DNA of 64,000 nucleotides, taken from contig OX597816.1 of the NCBI GenBank assembly GCA_951406725.2, positions 10,416,001 through 10,480,000 of the forward strand. The letters are read 5' to 3'. The notes under the pieces are model-generated. The model was not told where the DNA came from and made no database searches. It saw nothing but the letters and a program-made list of their open reading frames with translations. Position numbers and translations under genes: made by a program. The stretch comes from Octopus vulgaris (Eukaryota). The first letter of the stretch is position 1, and each line of letters begins with the position of its first letter. Below, piece after piece: positions 24,226 through 34,554 of this stretch.

Positions 24226-24432
24226 GGTCATGTGACGAGAATGGCTGTAGATAGTTGTGTGCAAAAGTGCTACACCGTAGCAGTTGAGGGAACCTGTGGA
24301 AGAGGTAGACCCAGGAAAACCTGGGACGAGGTGGTGAAGCACGACCTTCGAACTTTAGGTCTCACCAAGGAAATGACTAGAGACCGAGACCTATGGAAGT
24401 ATGCTGTGCGTGAGAAGACCCGGCAAGAGTAG
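24226..24432 (+). pseudogene. RTE-clade LINE ORF2 C-terminal end
   Basis: GHVTRM...VEGTCGRGRPRKTWDEVVKHDLRTLGLTKEMTRDRDLWKYAV matches the RTE C-terminal motif (GHV.R...G.R.RGRP.K.W...V..D......DR..W). Confidence 0.9.
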
Positions 24433-26637
24433 TCAGGCCATAACCCATGGCCCCTACCTGGGACGTAGTCAGTCCACCTGTGCATACCTTCCTTCTTGTG
24501 ACACTTGTGAAGACCTGTTGAGGCAAGTGAAAGTGAAAATCAAAATAAAATTGATGATCATCAATGGAATTTGTATCTTTGTTACCAGTGCCGGTGGCAC
24601 ACAAGAAAACCGTCCAAACGTGGCCGTAGCCAGTACCGCAGCGACTGGCCTCCGTGCTGTGGGCACATAGTAAACACCATCCGATCGTGGCCGTTCGCCA
24701 GCCTCATCTGGCACCTGTGTCGGTGGCATATAAAGACACCATCCGAAGACACGGCAAGACTAGTCAGGCCATAACCCGTGGCCCCTAACTGGGACGTAGT
24801 CAGTTCACCTGTGCATACCTCCCTTCTTGTGACACTTGTGAAGACCTGTTGAGGCAAGTGAAAATCAAAATAAAAAAAAAATTAAAAAATGAAAACAAAT
24901 CGAAATAGATGAATATCAATGGAATTTGTATCTTTGTGGTACCAGTGCCGGTGGCACACAAGATAACCATCCGAACGTGGCCGTAGCCAGTACTGCATCA
25001 ACTGGCCTCCGTGCTGTGGGCACGTAACAAACACCATCCGATCGTGGCCGTTCGCCAGCCTCATCCGGCACCTGTGTCGGTGGCACATAAAAACACCATC
25101 CGAAGACCCGGCATGACTAGTCAGGCCATAATCCGTGGCCCCAACCTGGGACGTAGTCAGTCCACCTGTGCATACCTTCCTTCTTGTGACACTTGTGAAG
25201 ACCTTTTGAGGCAAGTGAAAGTGAAAATCAAAATAAAATAGATGAACATCAATGGAATTTGTATCTTTATGGTACCAGTGCCGGTGGCACACAAGAAAAC
25301 CATCCGAACGTGGCCGTAGCCAGTACCGCATCGACTGGCCTCCGTGCTGTGGGCACGTAACAAACACCATCCGATCATGTCCGTTCGCCAGCCTCATCAG
25401 GCACCTGTGTCGGTGGCACATAAAAACACCATCTGAAGACCCGGCAAGACTAGTCAGGCCATAACCCGTGGCCCCTACCTGGGACGTAGTCAGTCCGCCT
25501 GTGCATACCTCCCTTCTTGTGACACTTGTGAAGACCTGATGAGGCAAGTGATCAAATCAAAACAAATCAAAATAGATGAACATCAATGGAATTTGTATCT
25601 TTGTGGTACCAGTGCCGGTGGCACACAAGATAACCATCCGAACATGGCCATAGCCAGTACCGCATTGACTGGCCCTGTGCTGTGGGCTCATAACAAACAC
25701 CATCCGATCGTGGCCGTTCGCCAGCCTCATCTGGCAACTGTGTCGGTGGCACATAAAAACACCATCCGAAGACCCGGCAAGACTAGTCAGGCCATAACCC
25801 GTGGCCTCTACCTGGGACGTAGTCAGTCCACCTGTGCATACCTTCCTTCTTGTGACACTTGTGAAGACCTGTTGAGACAAGTGATCAAATCAAATCAAAA
25901 TAGATGAACATCAATGGAATTTGTATCTTTGTGGTACCAGTGCCGGTGGCACACAAGAAAACCATCCGAACGTGGCCGTAGCCAGTACCGCATCGACTGG
26001 CCTCTGTGCTGTGGGCACGTAAGAAACACCATCCATCTGGCACCTGTGTCGGAGACACATAAAAACGTCATCCGAAGACCCGGCAAGACTAGTCAGGCCA
26101 TAACCCGTGGCCCCTACCTGGGACGTTGTCAGTTCTCCTGTGTATACCTTCCTTCCTTCTTGTGACACTTGTGAAGACCTGTTGAGGCAAGTGAAAATCA
26201 AATCAAATCAAATCAAAATAGATGAACATCAATGGAATTTGTATCTTTGTGGTACCAGTGCCGGTGGCACACAAGAAAACCATCCGAACGTGGCCGTAGC
26301 CAGTACCGCATCGACTGGCCTCCGTGCTGTGGGCACGTAAGAAACACCATCCAATCGTGGCCGTTCGCCAGCCTCGTCTGGCACCTGTGTCGGTGGCACA
26401 TAAAAACACCATCCGAGCGTGGCCGTTCGCCAGCCTCGTCTGGCACCTGTGTCGGTGGCACATAAAATCACCCACTACACTCTCGGAGTGGTTGGCGTTA
26501 GGAAGGGCATCCAGCTGTAGAAACACTGCCAGATCTGACTGGCCTGGTGCAGCCTTCGGGCTCCCCAGACCCCAGTTGAACCGTCCAACCCATGCTAGCA
26601 TGGAAAGCGGACGTTAAATGATGATGATGATGATGAT
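24414..26637 (+). repeat. Six head-to-tail copies (~305-360 bp) of the RTE 3' UTR, ending in one terminal tail
   Basis: Units start gaagac(c/a)cggca at about 24414, 24745, 25102, 25435, 25768, 26074. The single tail with (GAT)n is at 26461-26637. Confidence 0.92.
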
Positions 26638-26869
26638 ATATATATATGTATGTTTGTATGTATGTGTCTTTATGTATATGTGTATGTATATATGTGTATG
26701 TATGTATACATACATATGCATGCATATTTTCATCATCTTCATCATTTAACATTGGTTTTCCTTGTTGGCATGGGTTGGACAGTTTGACATTATCAAAGCC
26801 TTCTCTACTCAACCCAATTTACATAATTAGTAGAGATGTGACCATTAGCAGTTGTGAGTTTTAATATGG

Positions 26870-27095
26870 GTTTCAAATTTAGTATGAGGCCCCAAGAATT
26901 AGGCAGGGGTGGAGTTGGGCGTTGTCAGTTGATTCCATCGACCTTAGTGTTCAGCTGCTAGTTATTTTGTCAACCTTGATAGGATAAAAGGCAAAGTCTA
27001 CCCTGGTAGCATTTGAACCTAGAATGTAAAGTTGGAAGAAATGTCACTGAGCATTTTGTCCAGAATGGTAACGATTCTACCTGCTTGCGACCTTA
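26870..27095 (-). mobile_element. SINE family B, diverged
   Basis: ttattttgtcaaccttgataggataaaaggcaaagtc...atttgaacctagaatgtaaa. Confidence 0.7.
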
Positions 27096-27099
27096 TAGT

Positions 27100-27432
27100 G
27101 CATTTTGATATTGCTAGTGGCATAGTTGTATTTGCATCTTATAAAACGCTGTGTGGGGTTAACATTTCTTGTTTGTTTTTCAATCTTGTGTTGTGAATGT
27201 AAGTTATTTTCTTGGAGAAACCATTACTAAGGATGGGCTGGTTATTGTAAAGGTCATGATTATTGAAAAATGTCTTCATTTGCAGAGAGGTTGGAGATTC
27301 TAATATTAATATTGTTGATGATGCTATTTGAAATAGATGTAGGGTGGTTGGATTTAATGTTAATATATTGGAGTATTCATTTGTTTTATGGTAGGGGTAG
27401 TATAAACCATAATTTAAGTCAAGAATGACTTA
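27100..27432 (-). pseudogene. Penelope-like element RT C-terminal/linker remnant
   Basis: Minus-strand translation with one frameshift: VILDLNYGLYYPYHKTNE / QYINIKSNHPTSISNSIINNINIRISNLSANEDIF, matching the PLE pattern LDL..G.Y.PY.KPN...YI...SNHP.....I..RIS.LS.NE.IF. Confidence 0.75.
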
Positions 27433-27439
27433 AACGTTT

Positions 27440-27845
27440 TACTCTCTTTTTTTTCTCTCTTTTACTTGTTTCAGTCATTTGACTGCGGCCATGCTGGAGC
27501 ACCGCCTTTAGTCGAGCAAATCAACCCCGGGACTTATTCTTTGTAAGCCCAGTACTTATTCTATCGGTCTCTTTTGCCGAACCGCTAAGTGACGGGAACA
27601 TAAACACACCAGCATCGTTTGTCAAGCAATGCTAGAGGGACAAACACAGACACAAACATACATATATATATACATATATATGACAGGCTTCTTTCAGTTT
27701 CCGTCTACCAAATCCACTCACAAGGCATTGGTCGGCCCGAGGCTATAGCAGAAGACACTTGCCCAAGATGCCATGCAGTGGGACTGAACCCGGAACCATG
27801 TGGTTGGTAAGCAAGCTACTTACCACACAGCCACTCCTGCACCTA
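27440..27845 (-). mobile_element. SINE family A, full length, young
   Basis: Near-identical to the 33258 and 52295 copies. Confidence 0.93.
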
Positions 27846-28160
27846 TATGTTTTGTAAACATATATACCGTTTTGAGTGAATTTTGAGCCTACATGGAGTG
27901 CATTGGAGACAGGGCGACTTTTAAAGCCATTTTTGGATGAGAAAAGTTGCGTCTTATAGGCCATCAAAGTGACAGTTGCTTACTGGAATTGATCTAAACG
28001 ATTGACCCCTCCATCAAAATTTCAGGCCTTGTGCCAATAGTAAAATGGATTATTGTTGTTGTTATAAGGCTATGAACTGGTGAAATCATTAGAACATAAA
28101 AACGAATGCAATGTCATTTAGCATTTTGTCCAGCATTGTGAGTTGGGGGTCGATAAATTA

Positions 28161-28496
28161 CCATATTTGATGGCCTATAAGGCACACAAGTGCATAGGAT
28201 GCACACTAGCTTAGGAAATACTTTTGTAAAACAAATTACCTCTAAAGTAATGTTTTAATTCCTCCACTTACCTGTATAACTTTGTTATTACAGGTAATTA
28301 TAAGCAATTTATTGCATCCACATTCGATATAAACATACCGTAGGTGATTGTTCACCAATAGATGGCAGCACACATTTTGTAAACATATATACCATTTTGA
28401 GCGAGTTTTGAGCCTACATTGAGTGCATTGGACACAGTGATTTTTAAAGCCAATTTTGGGTAAAAAAAGGTGCATCTTATAAACCATCAAATATGG
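28161..28496. mobile_element. Tc1/mariner-superfamily MITE with TA target duplication
   Basis: TA-ccatatttgatggcctataaggcac ... gtgcatcttataaaccatcaaatatgg-TA. Partial second copy at 27847-27968. Confidence 0.8.
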
Positions 28497-28744
28497 TAAT
28501 CATGTTGAAGGGAGTTATGAACAAAATTTACTTATAAGTTCGTTAACTTTTTATGTGCAGACTCTAAAGTGAGTCAGCAGGTGTATGAATACCAATGATT
28601 GACGATTATGTATTTTCAATAATCTCAGGTGTATGTATCGGTGTTATATTGTTTTCCCATAACACTATAATATTTTGAATGGCACTTTGAAGATCCTCAT
28701 CACTTTCACTATCAAGATACACTTGTTGGTCAGGCAAAAATTTG

Positions 28745-29125
28745 TGGGTGCATGAGTGGTTGTGTGGTAAAAAGTTTGCTTCCCAACCACATGGTTCTGG
28801 GTTCAGTCCCACTGTATGCCACCACAGGCAAGTATCTTCTACGATAGCCTTGGGCCAATCAATGCCCAGTGACAGGATTTGGAAGATGGAAACTGAAAGA
28901 AGCCCATTGTGTATATACATGTACGTCTTTGTGTTTGTCCTCCATCACTACCTGGCAACTGGTGTTGGTGTGTTTACACCACCATAACTTAGCACTTCAG
29001 CAAAAGAGATTGATAGAATAATCACCAGGCTTAAAAAAAAAGTACTAGGATTGATCTGTTCTACTGAAAATTCTTCAACGCAGTGCCCCAGCATGGCCAC
29101 AGTCTAATGAGTGAAACATGCTAAA
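28745..29125 (+). mobile_element. SINE family A
   Basis: Head, body and tail are recognisable. Confidence 0.85.
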
Positions 29126-29534
29126 GATAAACGCAATGACTACATCTGATTGATTCAAAGACAAATTGCCACGATTTTCTTTTTCCTTTTCTTCTACATT
29201 TTCTAAGTCTTCGAGTATAAATCCTTGCAAGTCATAATTACTACTTACTGAAGCCATATCGGTAATTACAAAAATAACAATCTCCACTTCAAACACTGAA
29301 AAGGAAAATAAAAGTGCTGTTGAAAATTTCACAGTATTTACAATTGTATTTAGGCAAGAATGGTTTTATCTCATATTATTATTTTGTAGCTTTGTGATTT
29401 TGATGATATAATTGCTTAGTTTTAGAATGACATTGCAGGGAAGGTAGGAGAAGTTGGATCTGGTTACTTTGAACATCATCATTATTTAACGTCTGCTTTT
29501 CACGCTGGTATGGCTTCGATGGTTTGACTGAAAA

Positions 29535-29768
29535 TAAGGTGGCGAGCTGGCAGAAACGTTAGCACACCGGGCGAAATGCTTAGCGGTATTTCGTCTGCCA
29601 TTACGTTCTGAGTTCAAATTCTGCCGAGGTCGACTTTGCCTTTCATGCTTTTGGGGTCGATTAAATAAGTACCAGTTACGCACTGGGGTCGATATAATCG
29701 ACTTAATCCGTTTGTCTGTCCTTGTTTGTCCCCTCTGTGGTTAGCCTCTTGTGGGTAGTAAAGAATTA
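29535..29768 (+). mobile_element. SINE family B, full length with 14-bp TSD, inserted in an RTE UTR (-, about 29476-30200)
   Basis: TSD ggtttgactgaaaa (29521-29534) / ggtttgactaaaaa (29769-29782). Confidence 0.9.
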
Positions 29769-30320
29769 GGTTTGACTAAAAACTGGTAAATCGGGGAATT
29801 GCAACAAGTTCCAATCTGATTTGGCAAGGTTTTTATAGCTGGAAGCCCTTCCTAATGCCAACCCCTCTGGGAGTGTAGTAGGTGTTCTTTCACACCACTG
29901 GCATGGGTGCCACTGACCTGACACCGACATCAACCATGACTATGGTCTCACTTGGCTTGACATGTCTACACAAGCACAGTACATCACTAAAGGTCTTGGT
30001 CACTGGTCACTGCCTCCATGAAGCCCAACGGTGCTTTTTACATGCCAGTCATACGGTACTGGCATCGGCCACGACTACAAGTTCACTCAGTTCAACAGGT
30101 CTTCACAACCACAGCATATCACCCAACGATTGAAGGGTGCTTTTAATGGACCAATTATACAACACTGGCATCAGTCACAACTACGATCTCACTTGGTTTG
30201 TGGAATTGGTAAAATATTCAGGTTAGATGTAGCTGGGTTAACATTTTTTACACCAACCTGCCTGAGACCACCCCTGGTTCTATGATAAACTATTTTTCTT
30301 TGAAATATTTTACATTCAAA

Positions 30321-30900
30321 AAGGCAGTGAGCTGGCAGAAATGTTAGCAGGCTGAAAATGTCTTTATGTTCTGAGTTCAAATCCCGCCGAGGTCAACTGT
30401 GCCTTTCATCCTTTCAGGGTCAATAAATTAAGTACCAGTTGTGTACTGGGGTTGGTCTAACCGAATGAACCTCTCCCTCCAAATTTTGAACCTTGTGCCT
30501 AGAGTAGAAAATAAATGTTAGCATGCCAGGCAAAATGCTTAGCAGCATTTCATGTCTTTATGTTCTGAGTTCAAATTTCACAGAGGTCGACTTTGCCTTT
30601 CATCCTTTAGGGGATCAATAAATTAAGTACCAGTTGTGTACTAGGATCAATCTAAGCGACTCTCCCCCCCTCCAATATCAGACCTTGTGCCTGGGGCAGA
30701 AAAGAAACAGCACACCAGGCGAAATCCTTTGCAGTATTTCGTCTGTCTTTACGTTCTGAGTTCAAATTCCACCGAGGTCAACTTTGCCTTTCATCCTTTC
30801 GGGGGATAAATTAAGTACCAGTTGTATACTGGTGTCGATCTAAGTGACTGGCCTCCTTCCCAAAAATTTTGGGCCTTGTGCCTAGAGTAGAAAAGAATTA
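30321..30900 (+). mobile_element. Three head-to-tail SINE family B units
   Basis: gttctgagttcaaat...gtc(a/g)act(g/t)tgcctttcatcc...ataaattaagtaccagttgt recurs at about 30370, 30565, 30755. Confidence 0.85.
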
Positions 30901-31083
30901 ACTAGCCCCTTCCCCTGCCCTGAATGTGCTGGCCTTGCACCAATATTTGAAACCATTATCAGTACAAGAATCTCTTCATCTCAATATAAACATTATACCC
31001 TATCATAATTCACCATTTATTTTCCACAGAGAATGCCATGAATGTGTTACATGGAGTACCCAAAATCAATGGTTATTAATATT

Positions 31084-31210
31084 TTGTTGTATTTCGGGAT
31101 GGTCTTCTTTTTTGCCAAATAAACACACGCACTAAGAACTAATAGATAGTGTGTGTGTGTTTATTTGGCAAAAATAAAAAAAAAAACCCAACCATCTAGA
31201 AATACAGCAA
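31084..31210. repeat. Short fold-back inverted repeat (~125 bp)
   Basis: ttttgccaaataaacacacgcacta / tagtgtgtgtgtgtttatttggcaaaa, plus outer arms ttgttgtatttcgggatggt / accatctagaaatacagcaa. Confidence 0.8.
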
Positions 31211-31261
31211 TTTCTTTTTCAACACAATTTCACATCAGGAGTCTTGCAACACAAATTCATA

Positions 31262-31438
31262 TACAGTTCTATATTTAAGAGTGAGGAATTATGTACATTA
31301 TTTACATTTGACAGATATTTCTCCTCATTTTGTTTCTTGTTAACACAACATTTCGGCTGATATACCCTCCAGCCTTCATCAGGTGTCTTGGGGAAATTTT
31401 GAACCTGGGTTCTCATTCCTAAGGTATTTTCCGATATC

Positions 31439-31469
<31 letters not shown>

Positions 31470-31625
31470 TCACTGCTTGGAATTGAACTCAGAATCTTGA
31501 GATTAGTAGCCCACACTCTCAAACACTATGCCATATGCCTGTGGGCTGGAGGGTATATCAGCCAAAACGTTGTGTTAACAACAAAAAAAGTTGAGGACAA
31601 ATATCCATCAAATGTAAATAATGTA
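31262..31625 (-). mobile_element. tRNA-headed SINE-like element carrying a hammerhead ribozyme, with an inverted partial copy of its tail at the 5' end
   Basis: Minus strand: tRNA-like head 31540-31470, (TAA)n, hammerhead 31387-31342, tail to about 31262. 31544-31625 is an inverted duplicate of about 31374-31290. Confidence 0.75.
31342..31387 (-). ncRNA. Minimal type-I hammerhead ribozyme motif
   Basis: GACAC-CTGATGA-A-GGCTG gagggtatat CAGCC-GAAAT GTT-GTGTT. The inverted arm keeps AAACGTT, a palindromic loopless stem III. Confidence 0.65.
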
Positions 31626-32571
31626 AATAAATTCATAAATGTAACAATATTTTACTTTACTTTGCTTTTATATTTGCATCAGTGTTGCACCTGTTTGCAT
31701 AATATATCAACCTATCACCGAGCATTTGAAACAGCTGTAAAGATAGAAATCGATCTCATCAGGCATATTATAGAAGCAAATTTTCCTATAATACATTGTT
31801 TAAGCCTGTCAGTATTTCTGCTTCAACAGCAAGTTTTTGATTTTTCATATTGCTGAATGCTTTCCCTCACAAAACTTTGTGACCTTCTCTACCCTATTGA
31901 CATCATCCAGAGACAAGCCAGGGTAAGATATCCAGTGCCAATGTGGGAACACCATGATTTCAAGGGCAAGCAAAAAATCTTGAAAATGTTCAACGCCATT
32001 CTCAGCATATCTAGTTTTATATCAGAGTGACCTTCTCCAAGAGACATACTTTCATAAAATCCTAACAGTGCTTCACTCCCAGAGGTCTTTCAGCACACTG
32101 GACACAAACCCAGAATTTCTGAGGATCTGTGCTTGTTATCAGAAAGTCGTTAAACCTATACTAGGTTCATCCATCCTTTTGACATGTCCTGTTTTCAGTC
32201 TTGCTGGGTTTCTAGCAACCTTCCTTACCAAGTAAGCCTAGTGCAGTTGCTGGTTTAGTTACCACTGACTTGACCATACAACAGGTTGGACTGGATTCCA
32301 TCTTACCAGCAGCACCCATGAGATGTCACAAGTCATCTGACGTACATAGATTGCATTCCTTACATACATTATGTATGTATGAATAGATACATAACAAACA
32401 TATATTACATACAAATCATACATAACATACATACAATAATTACATACCATTTATATATTACATGCATACATTATATACATAACATACATACATTACATAC
32501 ATACCATACATACATTACATACATTGTATACATAGCATGCATACCATAGATATATACCATACATACATATG

Positions 32572-32965
32572 AGCCCCGTGCTAGTAGGATGCTAAGAGCA
32601 CCATCCGAGCGTGATTTTTGCCAGAGCGGTTATCTGGCCTCCGTGCCGGTGGCACGTAAAAGGCACCATTCGAGTGTGATTATTACCAGCATCACCTTAC
32701 TGGCACCTGTGCCGGTGGGATGTGTCGTAAAAAGATTCGAGCGAGGTCATTGCCAGTACCACCAAAACTGGCCCCCATGCCAGTGGCATGTAAAAGCACC
32801 CACTCCACTCTTGGAGTGGTTGGCATTAGGAAGGGCATCCAGCTGTAGAAATTCTGCCAGATCAGGATTGGAGCCTGGTGCAGTCATCTGGTTTGCCAGC
32901 CCTCAGTCAAAATCGTCCAACCCATGCTAGCATGGAAAGCAGACATTAAACGATGATGATGATGA
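32572..32965 (+). mobile_element. RTE 3' UTR variant with subrepeats and (GAT)n tail
   Basis: gtgccggtggcacgtaaaaggcacc subrepeats; tail ggttggcattaggaagggcatccagc...catgctagcatgg. Confidence 0.85.
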
Positions 32966-33059
32966 TACATACCATACATACATATCATTGATACATTACA
33001 TAAATACCAGGGATACATACATACCATACATAACATACATACCATGTATACATTACATG

Positions 33060-33240
33060 CCAACTTCACGGCAGGAGGTGCAGATGAGGGCAGCTGCATC
33101 GAACTCTCTCATGTACCAAATGGCAGTCGCTGAAAAGCTTTCGTGAAGTAAAACCGTGTAGCAACACCAAATGGCGGTGCCCCAGCATGGCCACAGCTCA
33201 ATGAGCTGAAACTAAAATCAATCAATCAATCAATCAATCA
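33060..33240 (+). mobile_element. Retroposon 3' end sharing the SINE-A tail, with (AATC)n tail
   Basis: ggcggtgccccagcatggccacagctcaatgagctgaaact(aatc)n, preceded by non-SINE sequence. Confidence 0.5.
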
Positions 33241-33257
33241 TATGTTACATTCATTTA

Positions 33258-33483
33258 TTACTCTCTTTAGTCTTTTACTCTTTTACTTGTTTCAGTCATT
33301 TGACTGCGGCCATGCTGGAGCACCGCCTTTAGTCGAGCAAATCGACCCCGGGACTTATTCTTTGTAAGCCCAGTACTTATTCTATCGGTCTCTTTTGCCG
33401 AACCGCTAAGTGACAGGGACGTAAACATACCAGCATCGGTTGTCAAGCAATGCTAGGGGGACAAACACAGACATACAAACATG

Positions 33484-33529
<46 letters not shown>

Positions 33530-33692
33530 CGTATATATATGATGGGCTTCTTTCAGTTTTCGTCTACGAAATCCACTCACAAGGCATTGGTCGGCCCGGG
33601 GCTATAGCAGAAGACACTTGCCCAAGACGCCACGCAGTAGGACCGAACCCAGAACCGTGTGGTTGGTTAGCAAGCTACTTACCACACAGCCT
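33258..33692 (-). mobile_element. SINE family A, young
   Basis: High identity to the other copies, with CpGs retained. Confidence 0.93.
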
Positions 33693-33838
33693 GCTTACAT
33701 TTCATATGTAAATCTGCTGTTATTGTCAATGAGCGTTCAATTATGTAATCAACTGAATGATTTCTTTACTGTTTAAATTAACATCATGTAAAATGGCTGT
33801 GTATTCCACAGACACACAGAAAACAAATTAATTCACTT

Positions 33839-34554
33839 TTGACCTTTTCGTTACTGTATTTATTTTGAGATGCTCTGTGTTTCTTCTAATTACTTTAAAT
33901 ATAACAAAGAATTTAATAAAATAACTTAGTTATCATTAAGCTAGTGTTAGGAATATAAATTGTGACTAAGGTTTGGTGGAAGATTTTTATTCAGAACTTA
34001 TGAAAACAAGACATTTGTACTATAGAGCCAGAGGAGGTTTCAGCCGGGTTCATATCGAAAGGGTTAAAAATATCATGGTGACTTTAACCCTTTCATTACC
34101 ATAGTTCTATTGAGATGCTCTGTTTCTTTCAATTAATTTTAAATATAAGAAAGAATTTAGTAAAATAACTTAGTTATCATTCAACTAGTGTTAAGAACAT
34201 AAATTGTGACTAAGGTTTGGTGGAAGATTTTAATTCAAAACTTATGAAAACAAGACATTTGCGCAACAAAACCAGAGGCAGTTTCAGCTGGGTTAGTATC
34301 AAAAGGGTTAAAAATATGGTGACTTTAACCCTTTCGTTACCATATTTCTGTTGAGATGCTCTGTGGTTTCTTTCAATTACGTTAAATATAACAAAGAATT
34401 TAGTAAAATAACTTAGTTATCATTAAGCTAGTGTTAGGAACATAAATTGTGACTAAGGTTTGGTGGAAGATTTTAATTCAAAACTTATGAAAACAAGACA
34501 TTTGAACTATAGAGCCAGAGGTGGTTTCAGCCAGGTTGGTATTGAAAAGGTTAA
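33839..34554 (+). mobile_element. Three tandem piggyBac-like MITEs (family 2, ~228 bp each)
   Basis: Units 33839-34067, 34084-34311, 34325-34554, bounded by TTAAccctttcgttacc ... gg(t)atcgaaagggTTAA-type ends. Confidence 0.88.

Larger units (their letters stand above)
28560..30242 (-). mobile_element. Decayed piggyBac-like element 5' portion with nested SINE A, RTE UTR and SINE B
   Basis: 29385-29475 and 30208-30242 are homologous to the right end of the TTAA MITE at 3085-3212. Inward lie a strong acceptor (29296) and an acidic ORF start MASVSSNYDLQGFILEDLENVEE (ATG 29257), continuing as DSESDEDL..W....TP.. beyond the SINE. Confidence 0.45.

Noticed and set aside
24505-24545. CTGTTGAGGCAAGTGAAA in each RTE-UTR unit as a hammerhead core
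   Set aside because: No stem I, stem III or NUH arrangement, and the GAAA is not kept in all units.
21663-26460. Regular arrays as possible CRISPR loci
   Set aside because: Units are contiguous near-identical tandem repeats with no unique spacers and no cas genes, in eukaryotic repeat context.
31690-31765. GAAACAGCTGTA (+) and CTGATGAG (-) half-motifs
   Set aside because: The two halves lie on opposite strands and neither completes a fold.
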